A stretch of 64,000 nt of DNA, taken from Aplysia californica (Eukaryota). The stretch spans positions 1,847,323-1,911,322 of the forward strand of contig NW_004797297.1 in the NCBI RefSeq assembly GCF_000002075.1, given 5' to 3'. The translations under genes were made by a program, and so were the position numbers. Positions 1 through 14,600 of this stretch are shown here, piece after piece; within the stretch, counting starts at the first letter, position 1; each line of letters begins with the position of its first letter. The notes beneath the pieces are model-generated. The model saw only the letters and a program-made list of their open reading frames with translations, made no database searches and was not told where the DNA came from.

Positions 1-169
1 TTAAAGTAAAAATGTTTACTACAACTACAATGTTTTGGTTTCTTTGCAGGTTACTCAAGAAGTCGACTGAGTGAAACGAAATGAAAGATGTGATGTGCTA
101 ATATTATTATTATACGGTTCTCTGTAGTCTCTCTCTCTCTGTACAAGTGTCAAAAGAGGCTGGAGAAAT

Positions 170-2147
170 ATGATCAGATTGAATTTTTTGCACAGCATCC
201 ACAGATCCTTCAGCCAGAAATGCTTGGCGGGTCACCAAGTAAGCTTGTTGTCTGTGAAATGTCGATTAGGAGTGGGGTGATAAACAATTCTATTGCTTAA
301 TTTATGCTGTAATTCACAACTAAACTTTTCTTTTTATTAAAAAAGAAACGTATAATGCATGATATTCGTTTGGGTAATAGAGTTAGGGGGGGGGGTGTTT
401 AAGAAACCCAGCTAGTGTTGTGCAGTGGCTAGATTCTTGCGTTTAATGCCGATTGTGCTGATTTAATGGCAGCGTAAGTATAAAAAATAATTTTTTCACT
501 TTAGTGCAACAGAGCATGCCAAAATATTTGGCAAGAAAAACCTGTTGTGGTTGGGGTTTTAAACTTTTTTTTGGTAAGTGTTTTACGGTGCTTGCAACTG
601 CGTAAGGTCATATGACACATTAAGCATTTTCAGTTTGGTAGGAATTTATTTTGAATATTGCTTGGGTGGAGGCCAAAGCCTACTCTTATTCATATTTGGA
701 TCACCAAAGGATCTTTAATTAATGTGCACAATTTGCACATGGGACCTCTGAGATTTTTTCACCCTTATCCAAGAAGGCTAATTGTTCGATCATACCAACT
801 CTAAGATCAGGGGCGTTGCTGAAAGATAGCAGTAAGAAGGAGCCTGGAGAGTAGCAGTAGAAAGGGTCAGGAGCCCAGAGAAGGGGGGGGGGGACGCAGA
901 AAGTGGAGATAAAAGCAGATGACGGAACATGATTAGAGAGCAGGAAAGGGGTGAAAGGAGAACATTTTAAAGAAGAAAATTTTCCATTGCTGTCAGTGGT
1001 CAGGTTTCGAATCCGGGACTTGTTGAAGGAGAGGCGAACACCGTACCTCTGAACCACAATAGCCCCCGAAGTGATGTTTTCAGTTCGAACCCAAAAATTG
1101 CACATCTTATCAATTATGAGACAAGACATTCGTGAAAGACTTACTTTTTTTTTGCTTTTGTATGGTATTGGTATTTTACTTTGAAAATTTGATTTAGTGG
1201 GTTGCAGATTTCATGGATCTACATTTGTTTTGTTTTTCATGAATTCATAACAAAGAAGTTGGTTCACCAAATTTTTTTTCTACTTTGAAGCATAAGAATA
1301 GATTAATAACTGCAATTGAAAAAGGATAGATGAACTTGTAAAAATATAAACTAACCTGCCACATATTAAAATTTTAAAAAATAATTACATTTTAAAAAAA
1401 TGTGCACTATATGTAATCCTTTGAATACAGACTGACTCAGAGACTCATGAACAATATTTTAAAAACTATTTTGTAGACCTTCTGTCTGATAAAGAATCTT
1501 TGGTTCTGTACAGTTTTATTTTTGGACCCTCTGGATTCTGTTCAGGATGATAACTCCTGGTCTTTTTTCAGAGATGCAGTTCTGTGCTACTGCGAAATTG
1601 TTACCAGGCGCAAGCCACCCCACAACGCTGTCTCATCACCTTGACCCGACGACAGACGTTTAAGCCCCAGTATGCACGAGACAAAGTGGAGAAAACTTAT
1701 GACCTGGTATATGAAAATGCTCTGAAGCACATCCTTGGACCTTGCCGATTGCTCTCCACTGTTGCTGGACTTGCTTCAGCTGGTGGATCAGTGTACGCTC
1801 TTTTGACCTACTCCGGCATGATGGAAGGATGGGATGTGTTCGCTCTTGTCTCTGTGTTTGGAATTTCTGTGGTCAGTGTAGGAGTTTTCAATTGGATTGC
1901 CCGCTATTATCTCACAAGAATCTATTTCAATGCTGATAAAGAACTCTTTGTTGGTGTGTACCATACTTTGCTAGGGCGTGTGAAACAGATCAAATATTCC
2001 ACAGCGGATCTCAGACTTATCCAGACTCCAGAAGTCAGTGCTAAACTTCATTTAAAGAGCAATGTCATCATTAAAGATAGAACATTTCACTTGAAGGGAT
2101 CTGATTTCTTGTTGCCAAAATACTACAACATGCATTTACAATTGTGA
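170..2147 (+). CDS. TMEM70/TMEM186-family mitochondrial inner-membrane protein (~214 aa; coding exons 170-238 and 1572-2147)
   Basis: ATG at 170 opens MIRLNFLHSIHRSFSQKCLAGHQ, ending at a phase-0 GTAAGC donor (239). The acceptor TTTTTTCAG (ends 1571) continues in frame: RCSSVLLRN... to TGA at 2147. The N-terminus is Arg/Ser-rich and acid-free, like a presequence. Two hydrophobic helices follow, then FNWIARYYLTRIYFN...DFLLPKYYNMHL, which resembles TMEM70 as I recall it (LHFITKGYVIRLYHE...LFPNREDYIHLM). The paralog cannot be resolved by eye. An acceptor at 48-49 implies an upstream UTR exon outside the window. Confidence 0.75.
566..1067 (-). mobile_element. tRNA-derived SINE with Deu/Nin-like core (copy A), in intron of the TMEM70-like gene
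   Basis: Reverse complement shows A box (GTGGTTCAGAGG), B box (GATTCGAAACC), core TAAAGATCCTTTGGTG...ATAAGAGTAGGC and tail ATATGACCTTACGCAGTTGC...GTAAAAC. Colinear with copies at 28855 and 34461. Confidence 0.85.
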
Positions 2148-5100
2148 CTGCATTCAGTTTTTATCTGTAGATCAAGGTCTGACAAGTGCCATGGATAGAT
2201 TGTTATCATCACCTGGAGCTCATGTTCATGTTTGTTAACTGTACAGGTACACTCATTGGATTCATGTATTTCTGCTGAGTCTTTCTAAACAGCGGCCTTG
2301 TTAACACTTTATTAAATTGGTTTCCTAGATCTTTTTGTTTTTTCTTGCTTTGATGTTATTTAAGAAAAATTGTTAACAACATGCACACTGAAACACAGGA
2401 TATGTAGTAAGCCTATTGTGGACTGCAAGATTTGCTATATAGGTTATAATAGTTATTGTTCCACACAGTCTGAGCTCTAAGAGTAAGAGGAATGTAATTG
2501 ACCATCCAGTTGTCAAATTTTGGGCGAGCATTATGCACGTCAAAGAGACATTTGGTAGTTGAGAGAAAAAAAGCAGACTCCTGAAAGTTCACTGCTCCAT
2601 AAAAATTTGTTAATATCTGCTCAATATAGATTTTGGTCCTTATTTAATTGCCATATTAGTGATCTCATTTATATTAGACCCATCATTGACTGTGACTGTG
2701 AAATGTGAGTAAGTACATTACATTTCAACATTAAGATAAAACAAAAGAGAATATGAACAACAGTGATTAGATCTATTTGTTAGTATCTCATTACAGTAGG
2801 ACATGGCTATAGCGGGACTTTTATTTCCAGAAGAAAAATCCAAGTTCCCACTATAGGAATGCAAAGGGGAATTATGGTACCGAAAAATCACACACTACAC
2901 GCTCTTTTCTTCTTTTATTGTCTTTTTGGCCTAGACATATTTTGAGTGGCTCATGTAACGCGTCTCTCCGCACCATCTCCCTTTGCCACCTGCCCCACCT
3001 AACTCATCACTGGACTGGCCAATCAGTATCACAACTCCACACTGCTGACTCAACTCATACTGACTGCCTTTCCCCCAGCTAAAGCTTGCTTGATCTCCCC
3101 CGCTGTATCCAAGTTCGGGCCTTTCCTTGCCCCGTTGAGAACAGTTAATTGAGTTTACATAGAAAAAAAAGGGGGGGATTCCGGTAACATCCCACTGCGG
3201 CAGGTGCCACTGTCGTCATGTTCTACTGTACTTATTTAATTCATTTTTATTTTCTAGCTTTTGTCACCTATTCTAGCTCCCTGGGGCTGTCCTGGGAGGG
3301 GGATGGGGTTAGACATCTTACTCCTTTCTCACTCTCCTCAATTTTTAAAGATATTTGTCACCCCCCGGGGCAGTGCCACTGACTGTAGTGTCTTTAGGCC
3401 TTTCCTGAATAGGGACATTTCTCGTTCAAGCACAGTAGAAAGAATTGTAAATGGGCTGATTCCTGTCACGCTCATAACTGTGCCTGATCTACAACAGGGA
3501 ACTGCTGCTTTTTCTTTCCTAATCCTTACTTTTGTCATTTTTCCTCTACTTCTTTTGTATGTTTGTCACTCTCTTGTGACTTGCTATTTTTGGGGTGCCT
3601 TGATAGTCGAAGCAGACCTTGTGCTGTTGAAGCTAGAGAGGTGAGCAAAATAAGTCAGATTCCCTGTAAAGTTTAGACTTCTCTGTTGACACCCACCCCT
3701 TGGCGCTCATATGACCTTATGCAGTTACGAGTGCCGTAAAACCCTCTACTATAAAAAAAAAAGAAAAGATATTTAAGTGTCTTCATAAAGGTAGCCTACT
3801 CTTAACAATTTCAACATATAGAGCAGATTTATTAACGTCACCAATAAGAAACAACCCCTGTTAAGTAATAAAGGTCAGCCCAAAAAGTCACAAGGTGCTG
3901 CTTTTAATTGTTGATGATAAATCTACTCAATGTGGTTGAAATTGTTAAGAGTGCCTTAAAAAATAGTAGAGCTGCTTAAAGAGTAAAGGCTTCTTAACAA
4001 GTCAGGAAAATCGGTTTATGGGCTGAACAAATTTCAGCATCAGGGTGCACTGCTCAAGGTCATTGAATCCACATAGTCTGAGCTCTCAGAGTGTAACTCG
4101 GAATTTAAAAAGAAAAGGACTAAATATGAAAAATAAAACACTCTGAATTCCATCATATTCATGTTATTGGCAAGGCTAAATTGTATTTTTTTGTTATACA
4201 GTATCTACACTCAGTCAGGACAGAATATTTTCCTGCAACATTGCTATAAAAATAAATTAATAACTGTCAAGAGAAAAAGATGATTAAAGTAAAGGTTACA
4301 TTTGTATTATAGCAAGACACAACAAAAGGATTATATAAGTATAAGTTTATCAGTCAAGACATTACACAGTATTTTCCTTCAATATAAATATATAACTTCT
4401 TATGTACAAATGCTGTGTCCATCTGAGAGTTTTTAATGTGTGTGTGTGTGTGTGTGTTTCTCTGTTCACTCAAACAGGCACTCGAGTGAATTGAACTTTC
4501 ATGCTGCTATGTGGTGTAGGTGCACATGTAGCCTATCATGTCTGAAAGTTGAGAGCATGTCTGTGTGCGCTCGACTTAAATGTTTGTTGATAACGTGGGT
4601 GAGAGGGAGAAATGTGTTAGCATGTGAAAGAGTAAAATGTAAGTAGAGAAAAAAAGAACCAGTGCAACATATATATATATTATATATGCTTTGAAAATGC
4701 TAGTACGGTATTATATTGCACAAGAACATAATAGAAATTCTCTTTGTTAAAACTCACACCCGCTGATCTTTGTGGAACATCTGAAAGTCTTCACTGATGT
4801 TTGGTACTAGATGTACTAGAAGTTTTGCTTCTGTTATAATACACATCTTAGAGTTCATGACACCCACTATATACTATATGATAGGCAGAGAGTTTTTTCT
4901 ATGCAATGAGATGTGGCAGACTAGATTTCTCAATATTTCATCACTATATTCTTTTACCATTAAATCGTTTTTTTTCAAACAACACAAAGTGTCCTCTCCA
5001 CATAAAACATCAGGACTACACAACAATAAGGGCCATTCACTCAAACACTGGGCAAAACTTTCTAAAAATCTGTTAAAACTTGGTTCATACTCTGTTTTAA

Positions 5101-6566
5101 AATGAAAATCTACTCTGTCTCCGCCCCTGTCATAATTAATTTAATACGTCACAGAAAATTATATATAATTTTGGTAAACTTAGTTTAACTTCATTATATC
5201 AACTTCAGCAAAATATGTTTCATCCCAGATACTAGTGGTAAAATATAATCATTGGAACAGGGTCGGAGCTAACATCACAGGAAAGGTTCTGCTGCAAAAC
5301 TTGGTAATAATTCATATCCAATATTGCCTAAGTGAGAAAATAGTGGAAATATGATGACCAAAAATAGTGCTAATATAACAAAAGAAAAAGTTCAAATGCT
5401 ATGGAGGTGGTCTTGGTTGAAGATTTTCACAATACAAATGACATTAGTTCATCAGCCACACAAGTAAGGGATAGATTTATAATTTTCATCTTGGAGACTT
5501 CCAAAGATCAGATGAGTTCAGTTCTCCAACAGGCTAGAAAAATGCAAGCTTTCCCTAGCAGTGCTAATATTACAATCACAAGACAAAAACAGAAGGTAGG
5601 AAAATGTGTTCACATCATGATCCTGTTCCATTAAATAACAGATGTAGGCCTTCTTTTGTGTTCAATATAATTCATGCTTGTGGGGAAAGAAAAGTAAAGT
5701 GAGTAGTTGGCGGGTGCTCTGGTGTGGTTTGCTTCTTCTTTCCTATCAAACATTGTCTCTCCTCCTTCTTTTTTATGTTTGTTACTCTCTTGTAACACCT
5801 CTAATCATCGGTACTTATATGACTTTATTGTGTTCCAAGTGCCGTAGAACACTAACTAAAAACTGAAAGAAAAGTACAGACCATAACATTTAAACAAGAC
5901 CAGTTTTATACATTTGCACTATTCGTATCGAAGCTCACTTTAAAAGAGATATATATATATCACATTGAGTGAAAGACAGAAGTATGAAAGTGAAGAAATG
6001 GAAGGGCAAGGAAATGATTACCATTCAGGTATCCAAAATCATTATTATATCACCGTTTTCAATTAATGTATTACTTCGAGCAAAATATGAAACACGGGTA
6101 TTGCATAAAATGCAGACACTAAATCTATTGAGTTTTATACCACAGTACTTTTCCAATGGCACCTTACATTGAAAAAATCTCTCGGACAAAAAGTGCATTT
6201 TATGTTCACAATCTGCTGAGAACATGAACGTTTTTTTTTCATTATGTAGGTTAGCTATAATTTATAATTGGTTTCAGACTTTTACTTCAATTTTTCCACA
6301 AAAAGAGTCTTTCACTTTCATTCATGTTCAAGGTAGAAATCAAATGACTCTCAGCTGATCAGATTTTTATCAACGGGGTGACAACAAGTGTTGAAGGGTA
6401 TGACAACAACAACCCAAAATTCCACTGTTCAAAAAGTAGACAGTATTGGTCACAGGCTTGTTTTACAGAAAACAGAAATAATACTGATTCTGTCTCTTTA
6501 CTTCATTCAATGTATTTTGAGAGCTATTTAATTTATTGGTATTATGTTTAATGAAGGAAAGCAATA

Positions 6567-7350
6567 CAGTGGAACTCAGATTCAACAAGGTCGCCAGTCC
6601 TGATCTAAAATCTCGTTGAATCCGAGTGTGCGTTAGAGCAAACATGAGGTTTTGTGTAGATAATTACAGGCTTTGAGCAAGTAATGTATAAAGAGAAGTA
6701 ACAAGTGGTGCCTGAAATGCCTCCATATTATGAACTGAAAAAAACCCAATTCGTTCAAATGCATGCCTGTGTCATCTCAATTGTTTGCCAAAAAGTTGTG
6801 TTGCTGTGTAGAGCCTAGCATACAGCAACTTTTGATTCCATAGACAGCACACAATTCATTACGTAGATCTACGTCAAGACTAGCTTATTGTAAAATTGTA
6901 ATAATGATTAGTTGCCGAGAGAAAAAAGACTGACGCGTTATAGTTACAGTATCTGCGATGTTCCACGCACTGACTGCTGGTGCCCCCCCCCCCCCCGACA
7001 CGCACACACTGTCACACATGTGCAGGCCACCCATCGGACCCGGACACTGACACACGCTGGAGTAGATACGTGTGCGTGCCAACAATGCATGTGTTGGTAT
7101 GAAAGAAGGCCACTGATTATTTGCATGCAATCGGGTAAGTGAATAATGGTTCATGATGCGGGTTCAATGGATGGTTTCCGGGAATATAAAAAAGTTTGTT
7201 GTGGGAGATTAATTAGCAAAATTAAAGCCACGTCAGCAGGCGCTGTTCACCCTGGAAGCAACCTCGTTGATTCCCGAGCTTGCGGATTTAAGTGTTCGTT
7301 GAATCCATCTCTTGTTGAATCCGAGTTCTCGTTGAATCCGAATTCCACAG
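6567..7350. mobile_element. Tc1/mariner (pogo/Tigger-like) MITE
   Basis: TA|CAGTGGAACTCAGATTCAAC ... GTTGAATCCGAATTCCACAG|TA imperfect TIRs with TA flanks. Internal similarity to 41093-41500. Confidence 0.75.
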
Positions 7351-9004
7351 TATTTCATGGTAGTGAGGAAACCTGATATCATATGATTACAGGGATGGTG
7401 GGACCAGAGAAAAAGTGCTGCTCAGATCCCTGTTAAATCAGAAATGCAAAGGAAGAAAGCATTTGAGGACTAATCCAGCTGTATTTATTCCTGGGTAGTT
7501 TCCCTTGCCACAAGCACCTGGTGGCTGGCCTGTGCTTGACACATCGCGCGTGTGCGTGCGGGTAGCTAGGCTAAGGGCTAGATCGAAGTCTGCAGCATAC
7601 CGCAGCCCTCTCTCGCTTCACCCACTGCGTGTGCTTGCAGTGGCGCGGCTTGCGGGGGCTTGCTCCATCACTGTGTTACTCTCTCTCTCTTATTTTTTAC
7701 ACATTGTTAACGAGCCTTTGTCCCTGCTATTACCGATTGGGCTCCAACAAGGCTCTGTTATTGCCAATAACTTTTAATAGAGACAAAGAGTAGGAAAAAA
7801 AGGGAACTAAAAAAATCCCTGTTATTACGTGGCCTGTTATTATGGTTCCCACTGTACTACTGTTAGACATCAATTAATAATTTTTGGAATCTCTGATTTC
7901 AACAATTTGCATAAAATTAAAATACCATTGGCATGTATTTTTGAGTTTTATTAGCATTTCCTTCTAAATGAATTTCAAATTCATAAATAAACAATATTAC
8001 TGGTATAACAAATTTGTCTCTCTGCTGACCCCTTTCAATATGTTACATGGACATACGATGCAAGGGGCAAGAAATAGAGCAAAGCAGCTATGACCAATAT
8101 ATCATATATATGGCAAATCATAGTCAGAGGAGATCACTGCCATCTTTTAAAAACAAAGCAGGCCCAAAGCTTGATCATTCATCAAGGACAAGACCATTCA
8201 ACCTCAAGACCACTTGTGTCCTCACAAGACTCTGCAGGAAAGCTCTTGATGATGCGACTTAGGTAGGTAGGGGCCTACAGTATCATCTTTGATACTTTAA
8301 AAGACTTTGAAAAAAATAAGGAAAGAAGAAGCATAATGTATGCTAGTGGGTCATCTCTGGTTTACGAGCAAAGAGTGAGCACAGTGAGTTTAAAAAAATG
8401 TATGATTCTGCTGAAAAATGATCTCGAACGGTTGCTTAAATTTTCTGACATCGAGGAACCAATTATAATGGCTGCTTCTGTAGCAGTAGAAAGAGAAAAT
8501 ACAGAAGGCAATTATACTGTTCTTCCACAGGAAGAAATTGACAGGACTAAGGACAGTTTCACCAGCTCTTGAAACAAAATATACAAATGGATTACACTTG
8601 TACTTGTACTTGTACCACATTGACCTGAAAACACATTTTGTGTTTATCACTTTTAAACTCTCAGTCGTACACAAAGTTCATGGTACTCAAAATGTCAAAA
8701 CATCCAATTTAAAATGAGCGTCCAAATTTTGACCTGTCGAAATGGGAGGATAAACATTGCAATCTGAGGGAGGTATGTGAAGAAGAAGCATATGTCAGAG
8801 TGATATAGGCGCTAAATTCTGAACAAATCAAGATGAAAAAAAGAAAAAAGATTTCTCAGAGGTATAAATTCATGCCTGAACTATTCTAGACCAACTAATG
8901 GTGGTGTTGGAAATGCTGTAGCTTAAAAACTATAAATATAGAGGAAGACGAGAGCAAGTTTCTACATATTCACATTTGTACATGCAACACATATTTCACA
9001 TTTC

Positions 9005-11569
9005 TCAGCTGTCTTTCATATCAAGACTATCGCTGTAGTGGTTGGACAAGGATTGACTGTTGTTGGTGTTGCCACTGCCGCTAAAATTGTGCGACCTGGA
9101 GACAGAGGAATATGCAAGAGTGGACTTGAGTTGGTCATAGCTCCAGTGCATCTGCTCAATTTCCTTATGGTGTTTGTGTTTCGTTTCTTGAAGTTCTTTC
9201 AGCAGGTGATCGTTTGTTTCCACCAGAGATCTGTGCAGGGAGACAAATAAAAGACTCACACATGGAGAAAATGTTAATAACAAATGTCAAAAATCAATGG
9301 TAGGCTACTACTATCAAATAAACATTGCAAAATTTCTCTAGGCTAACTACCTAATAAATTGCAAATATCTTCTAAAGAAAGGATATGGAAGAAAAAGATC
9401 TGAAACACTTTAAAAACATGTTTTTAAAAAGTAACTACAGCATGGCCGATCAAAAATGGCAAATCTTAAAAATAAATTCACATTTCAGGGATAAAACTAA
9501 CAAATATGTTGTGCTGTAAAAAGACAGGGCAGAAACACAATGTAGAAATAATTATCATTAGAGCTAGGTCTTTAAGAAAAAGATATGGTTGAACTGATGA
9601 TTCATCCGACTAGAGCTACACAGAGAAAAGAAAAAGATATAATGGCCATTTGGTCATGCAGAGAAAAGACAAAGTACGCAAAATCAAACAACGGATTGCC
9701 CAGAACACAACAACTCACTTATGACTCTCTTGCAACATGCTGGCCAGCTCCTGAACTTGGCTGAATTGTTTTAGTTTGGTCCTCATCAAGTCGATCTCTT
9801 GATTTAGTGCAACATTCTGTCGGTGAAGGTCATCTGAGCAAAGAAGAAGCAAATTTTCAAGCGCACTACATGAAGGCTCTCTTTTTTTAGTCCCAGTGCA
9901 ATATTCTATGCAACATTGAAAGTTTTTAAAAAAAGGACCAAATTAAAAAATAAAAACCTTCTAAAACATATCACAAGAATATAAACAAAAAAACATTCCA
10001 CATATTATATAATGCAGTGGCAGTGGCAGTAAGATCTTGAGCTGAGACCAAAACGTTCTCCTCCAGTTAAGAAAGTAACGTGACAAATAATGATTTTGAA
10101 GAAAAGCATTCACTGACAGGTGTAAGTCTTTTGTAGAAAGGAAGATCAAGTGTCATTCAAGAAATGAAGAGCGGGTCCTTCAACCAGTGTAAAATAATTC
10201 ATACATATCTGGCCCTGCGGAAAATTTCATTTTTAAAATAGAAATATTGCACAAAATTGCAAGGTTAACTGTCTAAAAATTGCAACCTTCCCATCCCAGG
10301 CGCATTAAAATAGGCTTATTTAGATTTTCAGTTTAAATAATATCAACACGCGAGTACGTTAACAATAAGTTATCAACCAAATAAAATATAATACCGCTTG
10401 ACACAAAAAAAATGGATGTTTTCGTAATAACTTTTAAATGAAAGCATAAAATTTAACCAAATTTAGTACATACTGGGTACTTGGTTCATGCAAAGATCTA
10501 GAAGTGCATGAAGTTTTATGAGGTTTAGTCAAAAAACAAAAATTTGATGGAAGATTTATGAAACAACCTCTTAAATTACAAAATATGCTTCAATCAGTTC
10601 AGATCCTGTTCTTGAAACCTTCGATACACCTGTAATCTGTACAGTAGTCTCCGCCTAAACGCACGCCATACAAAAGCACGCTCCGCTCAAAAGCACACTT
10701 TCGTCATCTGATGGGTTTTTTACTGTATAATTTAGATGTACAAACGCACGGTCACGCCCTCTAAACGCACGCTCCGATCCTCTAAACGCACGCTCCGATC
10801 CGCTAAACACGCCGACAAGTTGGGGGGACTCAAATGTTGTTTGATTGGCCACTGGAAATGTATCTTTAAGAGAAGGTTTCTGACTGGTGTTTGAGTTTGA
10901 GTGACTGCGTGTTATGTTTAGTTAGATCTAGGCCTGTTGCGCGAAACGCGTAAATGCCGTAAAACACTAGACAGGCCTCTATAGGATTAAAGATTAGCCA
11001 AGTAAGCCTAATATTACTAATAAGCTGCGCTCGAAGAACTTATAACGTACTTGTTCAACGAATCACAAGACAAAATGTTTCTCGAGGATGATTCAGCATG
11101 AAATTACCGTCGAGGGCGGTCGCTTGGAAAGCCACTTGGCTGGTCCGTCGTCTCTATGACTATGACCAACAGTTTCCTCTTAGGCTATCTGTTCCCGACG
11201 TTTATAGTGCATATTCATTACTTTGAGTTTCTTTAGAAAATAGCATTCCAAGTTCCTGCCGATAAAAAGTTCAATCGGTGCTTCCAAACAAAAGAGATAA
11301 CAGAACTTTTTTTTTTTTTTTAAAAAGAATCGGACGCAACAGACGCAATGACAAAAAAGCAGGATACTGCCGGCTGAAATCAGGAAAATCGGGATGGTAG
11401 AGATTTGGGGCAAAAAATCGGGATATCCTGATTAAATCGGAATGAGTGGCAGGTCTGGTTAATGTATTTTTGCCTAAAATTGCAAAAAATTGTGGTTTTA
11501 TTGCGGAACTTGAAAAAAAACGTGGCTGCAACTGCGATTTCCTGGGGGGGGGGGCGGGGGCAGACATGT

Positions 11570-11611
<42 letters not shown>

Positions 11612-14600
11612 AATGTAAGTACGTCTAAAGAAAAAAAAAAGAATATATACAACAACAAAGCAATAATTACCCAGAACGCTCTGGTTTGCCGTCGAGGTCT
11701 CAGAAGCTGCTGCTCCGCTGTGATATCGTGAAACAGGAGCCGCTGACTCCAAGCTGTCCAGTCTTTTCTGCAGAGCTCTGTTCTCATGTAAATAGTGGCG
11801 GATTTCTTCATGCATACGAGCCTTGAACATGAAGGAGAGGAAAACAAAGTAGATGTCATTCAGCAAAATAATATCCAACATCATTAATACAAGTAAGAAA
11901 CAAAAAGGTCTAGCGAAAAAGAATTGTAAAAAGACAAAGAGAAAAACGAGCAAAAAGAAGGAAAAAGGACAGATGTCATACAAAATAAAACCAGGAAGAA
12001 AAGGAAGTAAAGGTACAAAATATCCCACCAAACACCAGTTGGTAGGAGTAGGAGACCATTCTATCAATTATATATATTTGTTGTCTCCAGGGAAGTATTT
12101 TCCTGACGCTTTTCCTACATATATATATATATATTCTAGTGATGCTGAAACCCTTTAAAATTTAACTGTGTCTTTCTGAGCTCTCCCATTAAAGATCTAG
12201 TGGACACCAACTCTATGTCATTGTTCCATAATGCCTCCCAGGGGCAAAACTAACCATGTCATCCTTCGCTCTTTTCAAAGAAATCTTCATCTCCTCCTCT
12301 GATGGGGAAAGGAGTTCAGCAGTCTGATTTGCTCGCAATGTCGCATTCTCTTCTTTCAATTTCCCGATGGTCTGGCGAAGAGTTCTTGTTTCCTCCTCCT
12401 TACCCCCTTCAGCACTAACGAAATCATTTAGTAATCTCCCAGCTTGTTCTGGTGGAAGAAAGCATTTTATTGCAGAAAAATACATTATAAATATGATATT
12501 AAAATCAGCACTTTATTAACCCTATCCGTACGTCGTGTTTTACAATCGCATCCATACGATGAGGGGAACTCTGTTCCACCACTTTCCAAAGGGGAAATTT
12601 ACTCATTAATTCGATCCGTACGCTTTGCACAGCAGTCTGTCAAAATTTATTTTTTTAAAATACTGAAAGTTTCTAAGAGATCTTCGCACCAGAAGTATTC
12701 TAAAATGTGAAGAATACAACCCGGGGGGTACAAAATGACCCCAGGGCGTACGGATAGGGTTAAAAAAAAACACTTGAAAAGTACCAACCACAAGATTAAG
12801 ATGAACACTACCGTACTTTTATTAGCATTTTGAAGAACAAAAGAAAACGTTTTTTCCAACACACTGCATAGTTAATAAAGTAGAAGGGCCTTTAACTTTA
12901 ATCAAACCAATATATCAATTCACTTAGCCCAAAGTTATTAGAGAGTGGGGGTTGGGAGGGGGGGAATACTTCAAAACAAAAGCAAAAGCAGTTAAACTGA
13001 GCTTTCTACTTTCCCTTTTCACACGCATCATGATATAAAATATTGATACAAACAATCAATAATTAGAAAGTCCGAAGCATCAAAACTTTTCTTTTTTGTC
13101 ATTTATCATTCAGTTTTATAACCACAGAGCACAGTTAAATATCCATACTCACCAACAAATTTTGTGTGATTGTGCAAAGACTGAGAGCCATTCCAGTATC
13201 TGTCCACAAGGTTGAGTAAACTATTGAGGAATTTTTTGTGCGCAATGTCCATATCTGTATGTCCCTCCCCTCTCAGCACCTGCCACAGTTGAGAAATGAG
13301 AACAGAAAAATAAGATGATTCACACTGGGGGATCTACTGCATTTCAAGTCTTTCTTGTGATGGGGAATGCACAAAGATATTCTGAAATAGATTATCAGAC
13401 AAAGGCACAAGTAAGGTCCACTAATCGGAACAATCATCATGAAAGAAATACTAACAATGTGAAAGCAAAAGCTTAAAAGTTAGAAGCTTCCTGTCGTGAC
13501 CTTCTAGTGTAGCATTAGAAATTTTTTAACAAAACAAAAATTTGTGACTTATGCATGTTCACAGAGTCAGAGCTATTTTTTAACATTTTTACAACAAGTG
13601 AGAAAAAATGTATGGCATTGGTGGTGGCTAGAGGGGACCACAGTTGAGTCCTACTTTTGTTTTCTTTTCCTCTGTTGTTTCTGTTCATTTGATGTACATT
13701 TTGCCTGCATTAAAAACAACATGACTGCTCAGTGTAAGACTCTTAGTTTAGTTACCATTTTAGTAGAGGTTTTTCGGCGCTCGCAACTGCATAAGGTCAT
13801 ATATGAGCGTCAGAAGATTAGAGGTCTTACAAGAGAGTAACAAACATAAAAAAGAAGAAGGGGAGATAAGGACGATAGAAGTTTGATAGGAAAGAAGGAG
13901 CAAACCACATTAGAGCACCCGCCAACCACCCACAGTGTAAGCCTCTGCCATTCACCATTTTGAAAAGTGATGTATGACGGGGTCTTACACTGAGCAATCA
14001 AGCAGTCACTTAGAAGTGTGTCTGGTGCTTCTCAGTACCCAAACAAACAAGCATCACTTCCTGAACAGAATGTAGTGTCAACAAATTTATCCCAGAGCAG
14101 ATGCTGACTCCCATAGTATACCTGGATTGAGGGAAAAGTCTTTTTTTTCACGTACAGGAGATCCCCTTGTCTGTTTCAGCACTCACCCACAGTACAAGTT
14201 ACAGATATAAGTTTCTGACACATAGAACAAGTTATCTTCAGATGTAAGTTTCTCACTCACAGTACAAAGAAGCTGACACAGGTTTATTCAGAGGTTTCTG
14301 ATTTACTTAATTCGATAACAAACAATTTGCACACTCTACCATGATGGGGTCTGTATCACTAATTCATTAACAGGGATTGTTAGGAGTAAGTAATTAATAA
14401 AAAGTCAAATATACATCAAAATCAGCTATCAAATTAACATTTAAACAAACAAGCCTGAGCATACCATCCATAATGAAGACAAACATTTATTGGAAGACTT
14501 TTCAGCCCTGCACTTAGCGACTTGTGAAGTCTTTACCTACCTGTCTCCCCAAATGTCTGGAACACTCTCTACAGTGACATAACACAGCTGATAAAAACTT

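Noticed and set aside
719-1129. ORFs of 60-140 aa over SINE copies (719-1129, 29065-29259, 34371-34670, 34552-34734)
   Set aside because: They are incidental reading frames in non-coding repeats.
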